Positions 33,386-42,927 of a DNA stretch of 64,000 nt are shown piece after piece (the first letter of the stretch is position 1; the number at the start of each line of letters is the position of its first letter). The translations under genes and the position numbers were made by a program. The notes under the pieces were generated by a model, which saw only the letters and a program-made list of their open reading frames with translations, was not told the origin of the DNA and made no database searches. Source of the stretch: Planctomycetota bacterium (GTDB lineage: Bacteria; Planctomycetota; J058; J103). The stretch covers positions 477-64,476 of the forward strand of contig BPJM01000005.1 in NCBI GenBank assembly GCA_026004615.1. The letters are read 5' to 3'.

Positions 33386-36106
33386 TCAGCGAGCAGGCGC
33401 GTGCGGGGACACCCGGCCACCGAGCAGCGTGAACAGCAGCACGCACAGGCACAGCGCCGCCAGCACGGGCACCAGCGGGTTGGCGCGCAGGAAACTGAGC
33501 AGCTTCTCGCGGCGGAACAGCTCCGGCGCCCAGCTCGCGGCCGCCCGGTACTGTTCGAAGGCCAGCCGCCAGTCGCCCGCGGCCATGGCCTCGGCGCCGC
33601 GCGCGCCATGGATGGCGGCGAGGCTCTGCGCCACCTGGGCCTCCAGGTTGGCATCCAGCGCGCGCGCCGCGTAGAGAAAACGGATCGCATCCTCCAGCGG
33701 CCGGCCCTCGCGCACCACCCGGTAGTCCCCGGTGGGCGCCAGGCGCTGCACCATGCTGGAGTGGACCCAGCCCTGCAGGCCGGCGGCGTCGACGACCTGC
33801 AGCCACGGCCCGACGGAACCACCACCCGGATGCGGCGCCAGGAGCTCGCCGGGCACCAGTGAGCGCGCGCTGCCGTACGCCTCACCCGGGCCGCGGCGCA
33901 GCAGTGGCTGCTCGCGCAGCTCCAGCCCGATAGTGTAGCACAGGCGCGCGAGCTGCCGGCGCAACTCTCCGTGCTCGGGTGCCAGGAAATACGCCCGCAG
34001 CAGCGCTCCGACCTTCCAGCGCCGCGCCTCCACTCGCGGCGGCGGGCTGTCCGCTGCCTCCAGCCAGCGCACGGCCAGGCGTTCCGCCTGATCCTGCAGG
34101 CGGCGCCGCGTTTCGGCCAGGCTCTGGAGCGCGTTCTGGGCCCAGGCGAGGTGTGTGCGGATCTCATCTGCCGTGCGGCCCCGCTGGTGGCTCACGATCT
34201 TGCCGAGGAGCTGGCGCCGGCGCTCCTGCTCGGGCAAGGCCGGCAGCACGGCGTCGAAGAAGTGGGAGTCGGCCTTCGGCAGCTCGAGCGCCTGGGCCAG
34301 CTCGAGCAGGGTGCCCGGGTGCACCTCCTCCAGCGCCAGCAGGACCTGCTGCGCCGCGCCAGGCTGCTCGTCCCGGAGCGCGTTCGCCAGCCACTGGACC
34401 GCCTGCAGTCGCCGCGCCTGGAAGACGGCGCGTGCCGCGAGCTGGACCTCGCGGTCGGGGTGCTGTGTGAGCGGCAGCGCGGCGCGAAAGGCGATCTCCG
34501 CCTCCGGGCGCAGCAGCTCCAGCAGCTCGAGCGCGCGCACAAGCTGCGTCTCGGTCCGCATCGCGCGCGGACTCGTGGCGCCGGCCGCGTCCGGCACCGC
34601 GATCGCTGCGGCGGGCTTCGCCAGCACGCCGAGCAGGTAGTCCTGCGCCTGGCGTCCGAACTGCGCGAACGCCTCCGCCAGCGGGCGGCTCGTCCCCGCT
34701 GCCCCCAGGCAGTAGTGGTAGAACAGCAGCGGCAGGTAGCTGGCGTTGCCGCTCTCGACCATGGCGGCCAGCGCCGCCCGGCGGAGCGACTGCTCGCCCC
34801 GCTCGTATGCCTGGACCAGCGCTGGCACGGCCCGCTCGTCCCCGAAGGGGACGAACTGCTCGGGCGCGTAGATCGGCTCGATCACGAGGTCCTGCGGTTG
34901 CAACAGACGGGTGCGCCAGCTCCAGGCGACCGGGGTCTCGGGCAGCATCGGCGGCAGTGTCAGCTGCTCGCTCTTTGCCTGCATGCCCACCTCGACCACC
35001 GTGGGCCGTCCCTCCAGCAGGACCGCGCGATGGTAGCTGCCCTGGTACGTGAACTGTCTTCCCAGCCGTGCCAGGCGCTCGAAGTCCTCGCCGTCGGCGG
35101 TCAGCTGAGCCCGGATGCGGACCAGCTGGTCAGGTTCGACCAGCAACTCTCCCCGGGCTGTCACGCGCAGCCGCGCTCCCACGAGCAGGTGCCCCGGGCG
35201 CCGGTGCACCGCTGTCCCGGTCACGACCCAGAGCTGTGCGGCCGGGTCCAGGCTGCCCTGGCCCACCTCCACCGCCACGGACAGCAACACCGGCTGGAGC
35301 GGGCGAGCGTCCCCGGGAGCGGTCGCGGGCCCGGCGAGCGCCCGGGGGTCGATTGCCTGGAGGCGGCGGATCTCGGCGCGCGGGATGGTGACGCTCCGCT
35401 CCTCGGCGGTCCGGAGCACGACCGCCTGCTCGGTCACCCGCTCGACGTAGCCGCGCACCCCGTCGATCTCGAGCGCTGCACCGACCTTCAACAGCTCGGC
35501 GAAAGCCTGCCCGGACGCCGGCTCCCCTTCCGTGCCCCCGCGCTCCGCGTCGCGTTCGAGCACTTCATACGCGCGGATATCCCCCAGTCCGAGCACGACC
35601 ACCCCCGCGCTGCGCCCCTCTGGATCGAGCAGGTACAGGTCCGGCGGATCGTAGCGCTGCAGCCGCCAGCGCACCGGGCCGCTGCCGCGGTCCACGACGA
35701 CCAGCGCTCCGGGCGGCGTCGCACGGATGCGGCGGTCCATCTCCACCGCCAGGGGCGAGGAGAGGGCGGCGTTGCCGGGGGCCGGCTCTGTTCCGCTCTG
35801 CTGGCCGAGCTGCACCTGCACCACGCGCTCGTGTTCGTCCAGCAGCAGCCGCACCGAGCGGCCGCGGGGCAGCAGCTCCGCGCGGTGCAGGCGCTGCAGT
35901 TCGGCGAGTGCCTCCGGGCTCAGCTCGAAGCTACGACCGCCGCGCAGCATAACGACCGGCCGCTCGCCTGGCTGGCGGGGGACGACGTGGAAGTCGTACT
36001 GGCCTTCGACCGCGGAGGGCGGTGGCTCGTCCTGGGCGAGGGCCGGGGACGCGCTACAGGTCAAGATCAAAAACGCCAGTAGGATGCGGAGCATACCGTA
36101 GAGCAT
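33386..36106 (-). CDS. Large (906 aa) secreted or membrane-anchored protein with a signal peptide and a C-terminal TM segment, hypothetical.
   Basis: Signal peptide MLRILLAFLILTCSASPALA|QDE. Long helical repeat-like regions. C-terminal TM LVPVLAALCLCVLLFTLLGG. Confidence 0.55.
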   Translation of the reverse strand: MLYGMLRILLAFLILTCSASPALAQDEPPPSAVEGQYDFHVVPRQPGERPVVMLRGGRSFELSPEALAELQRLHRAELLPRGRSVRLLLDEHERVVQVQLGQQSGTEPAPGNAALSSPLAVEMDRRIRATPPGALVVVDRGSGPVRWRLQRYDPPDLYLLDPEGRSAGVVVLGLGDIRAYEVLERDAERGGTEGEPASGQAFAELLKVGAALEIDGVRGYVERVTEQAVVLRTAEERSVTIPRAEIRRLQAIDPRALAGPATAPGDARPLQPVLLSVAVEVGQGSLDPAAQLWVVTGTAVHRRPGHLLVGARLRVTARGELLVEPDQLVRIRAQLTADGEDFERLARLGRQFTYQGSYHRAVLLEGRPTVVEVGMQAKSEQLTLPPMLPETPVAWSWRTRLLQPQDLVIEPIYAPEQFVPFGDERAVPALVQAYERGEQSLRRAALAAMVESGNASYLPLLFYHYCLGAAGTSRPLAEAFAQFGRQAQDYLLGVLAKPAAAIAVPDAAGATSPRAMRTETQLVRALELLELLRPEAEIAFRAALPLTQHPDREVQLAARAVFQARRLQAVQWLANALRDEQPGAAQQVLLALEEVHPGTLLELAQALELPKADSHFFDAVLPALPEQERRRQLLGKIVSHQRGRTADEIRTHLAWAQNALQSLAETRRRLQDQAERLAVRWLEAADSPPPRVEARRWKVGALLRAYFLAPEHGELRRQLARLCYTIGLELREQPLLRRGPGEAYGSARSLVPGELLAPHPGGGSVGPWLQVVDAAGLQGWVHSSMVQRLAPTGDYRVVREGRPLEDAIRFLYAARALDANLEAQVAQSLAAIHGARGAEAMAAGDWRLAFEQYRAAASWAPELFRREKLLSFLRANPLVPVLAALCLCVLLFTLLGGRVSPHAPAR

Positions 36107-36228
36107 TCAAGCACCCCGCACCGGCACTGTCAACGCGCGCCCAGGCGCGCCGGCTCCGTCCCCTGGCGGCGGAGGACAGCACGGCCTATCATGGCGGTGA
36201 GACGGCTCCACGGAGGGCCCCGAGCCCC

Positions 36229-37932
36229 ATGTCCATCTCGAAACTGCTGTTCGGCGAGATCGCGCTCAAGAAGAAGCTGGTCACCAAGGACCAGGTCGAG
36301 GAGTGCCTCGAGATCCAGAAGCGCCTCAAGGAGATGGGCATCAACAAGACGCTCGGCGCCATCATGCACGACAAGAAGTACCTCTCGATGGTGGAGATCA
36401 AGGAGATCCTTCGTGAGATGACCGGCACGAAGGACTGGAACGCCATCGAGGGCTACGAGATCCTCGGCAAGCTCGGCAAGGGCGGCATGGGCAGCGTGTA
36501 CAAGGCGCGCCATACCCGGCTGGACAAGCTGGTCGCGCTCAAGGTGTTGCCGCCGGAGCTGGCGGGCGACCAGGAGTACCTCGACCGGTTCATGCGCGAG
36601 GCCCACGCCGCCGCCAAGCTCAATCACCCCCACATCGTGCAGGCGCTCGATGTCGGCGAGAGCTACGGCTACCACTACTTCGTCATGGAGTACGTCGAGG
36701 GCCGCACGGTCAAGGAGATGATCGACGAGCAGGGCACGCTCGACGAGCTGACCTCGCTCCGCATCATCGCCCAGATGGCCGAGGCGCTGGAGCATGCGTG
36801 GCGCAACGAGATCGTGCACCGCGACATCAAGCCCTCGAACATCATCGTCACCCGGGCCGGGGTGGCCAAGCTGTGCGACCTGGGGCTGGCGAAGACGGTC
36901 GACGATGATTCCACGATCACCCAGACCGGCGTGATCATGGGGACCCCGTTCTACCTCTCGCCCGAGCAGGCACGCAGCGAACCGCTCGACTGCCGGAGCG
37001 ACATCTACTCGCTCGGAGTCACCCTGTTCCACATGGTGACGGGCCAGGTGCCTTTCACCGGCAACTCCGCGGCGACGATCCTGTACAAGCACATCTTCCT
37101 CGACCCGCCCAACCCCAAGAGCCTCAACCCGTCGCTGAGCGACGGGACGGTGAAGTTGCTGCGCCGCATGCTCGCCAAGCGCAAGGAGGACCGGTTCGCG
37201 GACCCGACCGAGCTGCTCGCTGCGGTGCGCGAGGTGATCGCACAGCTCCGTCCCGAGGCGGTCACCGAGCAGGTGCGCGGCGACGCCGAAGCGCACGGAG
37301 CGCTGCTCGCTTCCCGCGCGGAGGCGAGCGGAGCCAGCAGCGGTGCGCTCGCCCGCACCGTCGATCTCACCTCGCCCCACCCCTCGGTGGCGGCGGCGGA
37401 GGCGGGAGCGCCGCCAGGGCAGGGCAGCGCGGCGGTGACGGTGGGCGGGCGCTGGTCGCGCAGTCGCCTGGTGGCGGCGAGTTTTGCCACGCTGGGGCTG
37501 GCCGCCACCACCGCCCTGCTCGCCGCCAATGTGCTGCTTCCGGTCGAGCGCCCGGCCGCCGAGGCAGCCCTCGACCCCGTCGCCCTTCTCATGCCCCTGG
37601 ACCGGCCGCGGCCCGAGGTGGAGGCGGCACTGCGGCGCGGACAGGAGCTGCTGCAGGCACATCGCTATGCCGAGGCCCTGGCGGTGATCGATCAGCTGCC
37701 GGCCGAGCCGCCGCTCGAACCGGCGGAGCTGGGGGCCGTGCTCCGGCTGCGCGAGCAGGTGCTCCTGGCGGCCATGAGGCGGCCCGAGGAGCTTCGCCGG
37801 CGCCACGAAGCCGGCGAGGACGTGCTGGCCGAGGTGCGCGCCCTGGGGTTGTCGGCGCTGGCCGACGAGCTGCGCAGGCACGAGGAGTGGCTGGGGCGCC
37901 AGCGCCCGCCCGCCCCCATGCCCGAGCGCTGA
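36229..37932 (+). CDS. Ser/Thr protein kinase with an N-terminal MshEN/T2SSE_N-like domain and a C-terminal TM plus TPR-like tail.
   Basis: N-terminus: MSISKLLFGEIALKKKLVTKDQVEECLEIQKR...LGAIMHDKKYLSMVEIKEIL. Kinase: GKGGMGSVYKARH, HRDIKPSNI, DLGLAK, GTPFYLSPEQ. A GGAGGG ribosome-binding site precedes the ATG. Confidence 0.85.
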   Translation: MSISKLLFGEIALKKKLVTKDQVEECLEIQKRLKEMGINKTLGAIMHDKKYLSMVEIKEILREMTGTKDWNAIEGYEILGKLGKGGMGSVYKARHTRLDKLVALKVLPPELAGDQEYLDRFMREAHAAAKLNHPHIVQALDVGESYGYHYFVMEYVEGRTVKEMIDEQGTLDELTSLRIIAQMAEALEHAWRNEIVHRDIKPSNIIVTRAGVAKLCDLGLAKTVDDDSTITQTGVIMGTPFYLSPEQARSEPLDCRSDIYSLGVTLFHMVTGQVPFTGNSAATILYKHIFLDPPNPKSLNPSLSDGTVKLLRRMLAKRKEDRFADPTELLAAVREVIAQLRPEAVTEQVRGDAEAHGALLASRAEASGASSGALARTVDLTSPHPSVAAAEAGAPPGQGSAAVTVGGRWSRSRLVAASFATLGLAATTALLAANVLLPVERPAAEAALDPVALLMPLDRPRPEVEAALRRGQELLQAHRYAEALAVIDQLPAEPPLEPAELGAVLRLREQVLLAAMRRPEELRRRHEAGEDVLAEVRALGLSALADELRRHEEWLGRQRPPAPMPER

Positions 37933-37944
37933 GCGCGCCCGGAC

Positions 37945-40341
37945 CTAGCGGTTGGCGCGCCGCTCGATCGCCTCGATCGCCTGCTTGAGCTTGTTCTTGA
38001 TGTAGTGGTGGGCCTCGCGCTCGTAGGCCGCCTGGAGCATGGGCAGGTCGCTGGTCTCGCCCACCCGCGCCAGGTACCTCGCAGCCTCGGCACGATTGTT
38101 GAGCCGATCGTCGCGTTGCAGCACGTCGGTGAAGAACGCCATCGCCTCGCGGCCCGCCTTGCCAGCCAGAGCCCGGATGGCGGTCGAGCGCACGGAGGCA
38201 TTCTGCTCCTGGCGCGCCAGGTCGGCCAGAAATGCGGTATCCTGGGGGCCCGCCGCCTTGCCCTCCAGCGCGCGGATCGCCTCTATACGCGCATTCGGAT
38301 CGGAATCGCCGCGCGCGATGTCCTGCAACGCCGCCACGCCCGCACCGCCCTCGGCCGAGCCCAGGGCGCGGATGAGGTACTTCTTGATGCGTGCGTCCTG
38401 CTCGCTCCTGGCCAGCGCCTCTAGCTCGGCGACGTCCTCGGGCCGGTCGAGCTTCTGCAGCATGAACAGCAGGCGCAGCTTCTCGCCCGCATCCTGCGTG
38501 GTGCGGATCGCATCGATGAGGTCGCGCGTGCTCGCGCGCCCCTCGATCGCGCGCAGCACGTAGCCGAGCGAGACCTTGACGTTGAACTGGCGTTCGTTGT
38601 CGTAGGCCTGTTTGAGCGCATCGGCGATCTCGCGGCCGCGAGCGACCAGCGCCTGCTCTTCACGGCGGATCGCTTCCTGGTCGCGCGCACGGTGGGCGCG
38701 CCGCAATCCCTCCAGGAGGTCCCCCGGCACCGGTTCGGCCTCGCTGTCTTCCTGGGGCGCCGCCTCCGGGTCGGGTTCTGCCGCCGCGCCGAGCGCGGGC
38801 TGCGCCGCCGGCGCGGCGGCCGCCCGCACCGGCGGGGCGGGCGCCGCTGCAGCGGCCGGCGGCGCCGGCGCCCGGGATGGCTGCTCGGCACGGCGCAGGC
38901 TCTGGACGGACAGCGGCTCGACGGGCCGGAACGCCGCCGGCGGCACGGGTGCGGCGATCCGCGTGCTGCTCGCCCGCAGCGGCTGGATGTCGTCCGCGCC
39001 GATGAGCTTGTACACCATGTACACGCACGCGATGAGCACGACCCCGGCTGCGGCGTATCCGAACCACTCGCGCCGCCGCGCCCAGCGCCCGCCGAGCGGC
39101 GCCACCGGTTGCGCGGCGAAGGGGCCCGCAGCAAGCGCGGCGGTCGCCTCGCTCTGCGGCTCGCCGCCGCTGGCGGCGGGGGCGGCTGCGGCCGCGCCGC
39201 CCCCGCCCGCACCTGCAAGGGCCACCGCCGGCCGAATCCCGCTCTGCACCGCGGCCTCGGCAGCGCTCTCCTCGGCGGCCGGGGCGGTCAGCAGCGCCGC
39301 GAGCGCCGGCCGCTCGGCCCGCGCCTCGGCCAACAGCCGTGCGTAGGCCTTCGCCTTGCCGCGCAGCACGCGATCCATCTCCTCGAAGTCGCGCCGCACC
39401 GCCTCGAGCTTCTCCAGCAGCCCCGCGACGCGCCGATCGGCTACCTCCTCGGTCTGGCGCAGCTGCTCGCGCAGCCGCGCGATCTCCTCGTCGCGCTGGC
39501 GCAGCAGCTGCTCGGTTTCGGCGTACCGCTTGGCGAAGCTGTGGATGCGCTCCTTGGCCCGCTCGAGCTGTTCGACGAAGGACTCGGTGGCCAGGCTCAG
39601 CCCGTCGCGCTTGCGTCGCAGCTCCTGCTCCAGCTCCTGCAGGCGCGCGCGCAGATCGACGTTCTCCTCGCGCTCGCGCTCCAGCTCCGCGCGCAGGCGA
39701 TCCAGCTCGGCAGCACTCCCTGCCGCCTCGAGGGGGGGCGGGGCCGGAGCGGGGGCGGCAGCCGGCTCGTCCGCCTGCTCGGGCGCGGCGGCAGCCTCCA
39801 CGCCCGCCGTCGCAGCCATGGGGTCGATGCCCGCGGGCGGCGAAAGGGGCGGAGCGGCAGGCGCTGCCGCCGGCGCGCTCGCCCCCTGCGGCGCCGCTGG
39901 CGGCGCGGAGCCGCTGCGCGCGAGCAGCGCCTGCACGGCCGTTGCGGCGTCGGAGCCCTCTTGCGCGGCCGCAGCGCCTGTCGCCGCCGCCGCCCCGGCT
40001 GGCTCTTGTCCCGCCGCGGCACCTGCCGGCGCGGCCTGCAGCGGTACGGACCCGGCCTGGGCGGCGAAGACAAGCTCCACCTGGCCGATGCGGATGCGAT
40101 CCCCATCGCTGAGCGCCTTGTGCAGGACGCGGCGATCGTTCACCTCCACGCCGCCCCGGCTCTGCAGGTCCTCCACCCAGTACCGCCCGCCGCGGTGGTA
40201 CACCCGGGCGTGGCTCCACTCGACACCGGGGTCCGTGCAGGTGAGCCCGGAGGCCTCATCGCTGCCGATGATCACGCTGCCGTCGCCGAGTCGGACGGAG
40301 TGCCCGCGGCGACTACCGGAGACGACGTGGAGCGCTGCCAT
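37945..40341 (-). CDS. FHA-domain protein with a coiled coil, one TM segment and C-terminal HEAT (PBS-lyase-like) repeats.
   Basis: FHA: LHVVSGSRRGHSVRLGDGSVIIGSDEASGLTCTDPGVEWSHARVYHRGGRYWVEDLQSRGGVEVNDRRV. Coiled coil: ELDRLRAELEREREENVDLRARLQELEQELRRK. TM: WFGYAAAGVVLIACVYMVYKLI. HEAT-like: ARIKKYLIRALGS..NARIEAIRALEG..SVRSTAIRALAG. Start at the ATG at 40341. Confidence 0.8.
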   Translation of the reverse strand: MAALHVVSGSRRGHSVRLGDGSVIIGSDEASGLTCTDPGVEWSHARVYHRGGRYWVEDLQSRGGVEVNDRRVLHKALSDGDRIRIGQVELVFAAQAGSVPLQAAPAGAAAGQEPAGAAAATGAAAAQEGSDAATAVQALLARSGSAPPAAPQGASAPAAAPAAPPLSPPAGIDPMAATAGVEAAAAPEQADEPAAAPAPAPPPLEAAGSAAELDRLRAELEREREENVDLRARLQELEQELRRKRDGLSLATESFVEQLERAKERIHSFAKRYAETEQLLRQRDEEIARLREQLRQTEEVADRRVAGLLEKLEAVRRDFEEMDRVLRGKAKAYARLLAEARAERPALAALLTAPAAEESAAEAAVQSGIRPAVALAGAGGGGAAAAAPAASGGEPQSEATAALAAGPFAAQPVAPLGGRWARRREWFGYAAAGVVLIACVYMVYKLIGADDIQPLRASSTRIAAPVPPAAFRPVEPLSVQSLRRAEQPSRAPAPPAAAAAPAPPVRAAAAPAAQPALGAAAEPDPEAAPQEDSEAEPVPGDLLEGLRRAHRARDQEAIRREEQALVARGREIADALKQAYDNERQFNVKVSLGYVLRAIEGRASTRDLIDAIRTTQDAGEKLRLLFMLQKLDRPEDVAELEALARSEQDARIKKYLIRALGSAEGGAGVAALQDIARGDSDPNARIEAIRALEGKAAGPQDTAFLADLARQEQNASVRSTAIRALAGKAGREAMAFFTDVLQRDDRLNNRAEAARYLARVGETSDLPMLQAAYEREAHHYIKNKLKQAIEAIERRANR

Positions 40342-40587
40342 GGCTCGCTCGGTCCTCGCCCTGGGGCTCGCGGTGGCCTCGGTCACGGTCGAACTGCCCC
40401 CTTCATCATCCTGATCCGACCCGCCCGAACACGGGGCGCGCCGGCAGCACGCCGGGCCAACCCGCGGGCGGCACCGGCCCCGAGTGTGCACCGGTTGGGA
40501 CGCCCCGGGCGCGCACCGGGTTCAGCGGCCGGCACCGGGCATGCTTGCGCCGGCGGCTGGCCTGCCCTGGCCGCAGGTGGCGCAGTG

Positions 40588-41184
40588 CTAGCGCAACCGG
40601 GGCGCCAGCTGCCGGAACAGCGGGGTGCCCGCCCGCTTCATGACCTGAAACGCTACGGTCTCCGATGAGGTGACGATCGCCCCTGCCGCCCGGAGCATGT
40701 CCAGGGCCGCCTCCTGGTCGCGCCGCTCGCGCGACAGCACCCCGTCCCAGGGCACGAACACCCGCCGTCCCGCCCCGAGCAGATCGAGCGCCGTCTCCAG
40801 CACGCAGATGTGCGCCTCCATACCGCACAGCACCGCGGCCTCCGCCTCGCCGAGCGCCTGCCCGAAGCCGTCGGCGGCGCAGGCGCTGAAGCAGAGCTTC
40901 TCCAGCCGCTGGCAGGCGCGTGCGCCCTCCAGCTCCGCGCGCAGCTCCGGCACCGTCGGCCCCAGGCCCTGCGGGTACTGTTCGGTCAGTACGATCGGCC
41001 ATTCGACCGCGCGCGCCAGCGCCACCAGATTGGTCACCGCCTTGAGGAAGCGCGGGCGCCGGGCCGCTTCCATGGCGGCGAACAGCCGCTCCTGCACGTC
41101 GATGACGATCAGCGCGGTGCCCGGACCATCGGGCCGCAGCGCCTCCACCTCCAGGGGCAGTGCTCGTTCGCCCACTTCCCTCAC
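40588..41184 (-). CDS. Isochorismatase-family cysteine hydrolase.
   Basis: ALIVIDVQERLF...VLCGMEAHICVLETALDLL. Confidence 0.8.
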   Translation of the reverse strand: MREVGERALPLEVEALRPDGPGTALIVIDVQERLFAAMEAARRPRFLKAVTNLVALARAVEWPIVLTEQYPQGLGPTVPELRAELEGARACQRLEKLCFSACAADGFGQALGEAEAAVLCGMEAHICVLETALDLLGAGRRVFVPWDGVLSRERRDQEAALDMLRAAGAIVTSSETVAFQVMKRAGTPLFRQLAPRLR

Positions 41185-41355
41185 CGGTCGTCCTCCGCCG
41201 AACCGCTCTGGCCTCGAGCCTGCCAGTATAGCAGGTAGCTCCTCCGCTGGCGGGGCTGCCGCGCTGCCGCGGGCGTGCAGGTGCCGGACGCGGCGTTGCC
41301 CTCGCCCGGCGGGCCGCTAAGATGGCGCTCTTGCAAGCGGAGGACGAACGGACGC

Positions 41356-42840
41356 ATGGCGAAGGACAGACGGGCCGGCATCACACCCCGGGCGGAGGAC
41401 TACGCGCGCTGGTACCTGGAGGTCGTCCAGCGCGCCGAGCTGGCGGACTACGCGCCGGTCAAGGGCTGCATGGTCATCAAGCCCTACGGGTATGCGATCT
41501 GGGAGGCGATCCAGCGCACGCTCGACGGCATGATCAAGGAGACCGGGCACGTCAATGCCTATTTCCCGTTGCTGATCCCGGTCTCCTTCCTGCAGAAGGA
41601 GGCGGAGCACGTCGAGGGCTTCGCCATGGAGTGCGCAGTCGTCACCCACAGCGGGCTCTACAAGGATGAGGACGGGCGGCTGCGCGCGCGCGGCGAGCTG
41701 GAAGAGCCGCTGATCGTGCGCCCGACCTCGGAGACGATCATCTGGCACACCGTGCGCAACTGGATCCAGTCCTGGCGCGACCTGCCGCTGCTGCTCAACC
41801 AGTGGGCGAACGTCATGCGCTGGGAGATGCGGCCGCGGTTGTTTTTGCGCACGCTCGAGTTCCTCTGGCAGGAGGGGCACACCGCCCACGCCACCCACCA
41901 GGAGGCGCGCGAGGAGACCCTGCGCATGCTCGGGGTGTACCGGCGGCTGTTGGAGGAACACTTCGCCATCCACGTGGTGGCCGGTCGCAAGAGCGAGGCC
42001 GAGAAGTTCCCCGGCGCGCTCTCCACCTTCACCGTCGAGGCGATGATGCAGGACGGGCGCGCCCTGCAGGCCGGTACCTCGCACGATCTGGGCCAGAACT
42101 TCAGCCGGGCCTTCGAGGTCACCTTTCAGGACCGGGACGGCACGCTCCAGCACGTCTGGACCACCTCGTGGGGTGTGTCCACGCGTCTGGTCGGCGCGCT
42201 GGTCATGGCGCACGGCGATGACAGCGGCCTGGTGTTGCCGCCGCGGCTGGCACCCGTCCAGGTGGTGGTGGTCCCGTTCCTGCGCCGGCCGGAAGACCGG
42301 GCACGGGTGGAGCCGGCGCTCGCGCGCCTGGTCGACGGGCTGCGCGCCCAGGGTGTGCGGCTGCACGTGGACGCGCGCGATCACGTCTCGCCCGGCGCCA
42401 AGTTCTACGAGTGGGAGGGCAAGGGGGTACCGCTGCGGGTCGAGCTCGGCCCGCGCGAGGTGGAGCGGGGCGAGGTGGTCGAGGTCCGGCGGTACGACGG
42501 CCGCCGGCGCGCGCTGTCGCTGGAGGCGTTCGTGCAGGGTGTCGTGCCGGCCCTGGAGGAGATCCAGCGCGACCTGCTGGTGCGGCACCGGGCGTTCACC
42601 GAGGCGCGGCTCCACCGGTGCCAGAGCTACGCCGAGCTGCAGGATGTCATCGAAGGAGATCGAGGGTGGGTTCTGGCATGGTGGTGCGGGGGGGCGCCGT
42701 GCGAGGCGCGCGTCAAGGAGCAGACCAAGGCCACGATCCGGTGCATCCCGCTGGAGGGCGAGATGCCAGGCGCGGCCGCGCGCTGTATCGTATGTGGCGA
42801 AGGGGCTGCCGAGCGCGTCGTGTTCGCCAGGGCCTATTGA
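41356..42840 (+). CDS. proS: Prolyl-tRNA synthetase (archaeal/eukaryote-like class II type, ~494 aa).
   Basis: GITPRAEDYARWYLEVVQRAELADYAPVKGCMVIKPYGYAIWEAIQR... The class II motifs, anticodon-binding domain and the C-terminal Zn-binding-like domain of archaeal-type ProRS are present. Confidence 0.9.
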   Translation: MAKDRRAGITPRAEDYARWYLEVVQRAELADYAPVKGCMVIKPYGYAIWEAIQRTLDGMIKETGHVNAYFPLLIPVSFLQKEAEHVEGFAMECAVVTHSGLYKDEDGRLRARGELEEPLIVRPTSETIIWHTVRNWIQSWRDLPLLLNQWANVMRWEMRPRLFLRTLEFLWQEGHTAHATHQEAREETLRMLGVYRRLLEEHFAIHVVAGRKSEAEKFPGALSTFTVEAMMQDGRALQAGTSHDLGQNFSRAFEVTFQDRDGTLQHVWTTSWGVSTRLVGALVMAHGDDSGLVLPPRLAPVQVVVVPFLRRPEDRARVEPALARLVDGLRAQGVRLHVDARDHVSPGAKFYEWEGKGVPLRVELGPREVERGEVVEVRRYDGRRRALSLEAFVQGVVPALEEIQRDLLVRHRAFTEARLHRCQSYAELQDVIEGDRGWVLAWWCGGAPCEARVKEQTKATIRCIPLEGEMPGAAARCIVCGEGAAERVVFARAY

Positions 42841-42927
42841 GCGGCGCGCCCTGCTGCCCGGGCCGCAGCTGGCCGGTGGCCGGGCCCGGGCGGGCAGCCC
42901 CAGGCGGGCAGGGCGAGGAGACAGGCG

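Noticed and set aside
41185-41355. The proS leader as a possible T-box or other riboswitch.
   Set aside because: No T-box specifier or antiterminator motifs. The organism looks diderm, and T-boxes are essentially Gram-positive.
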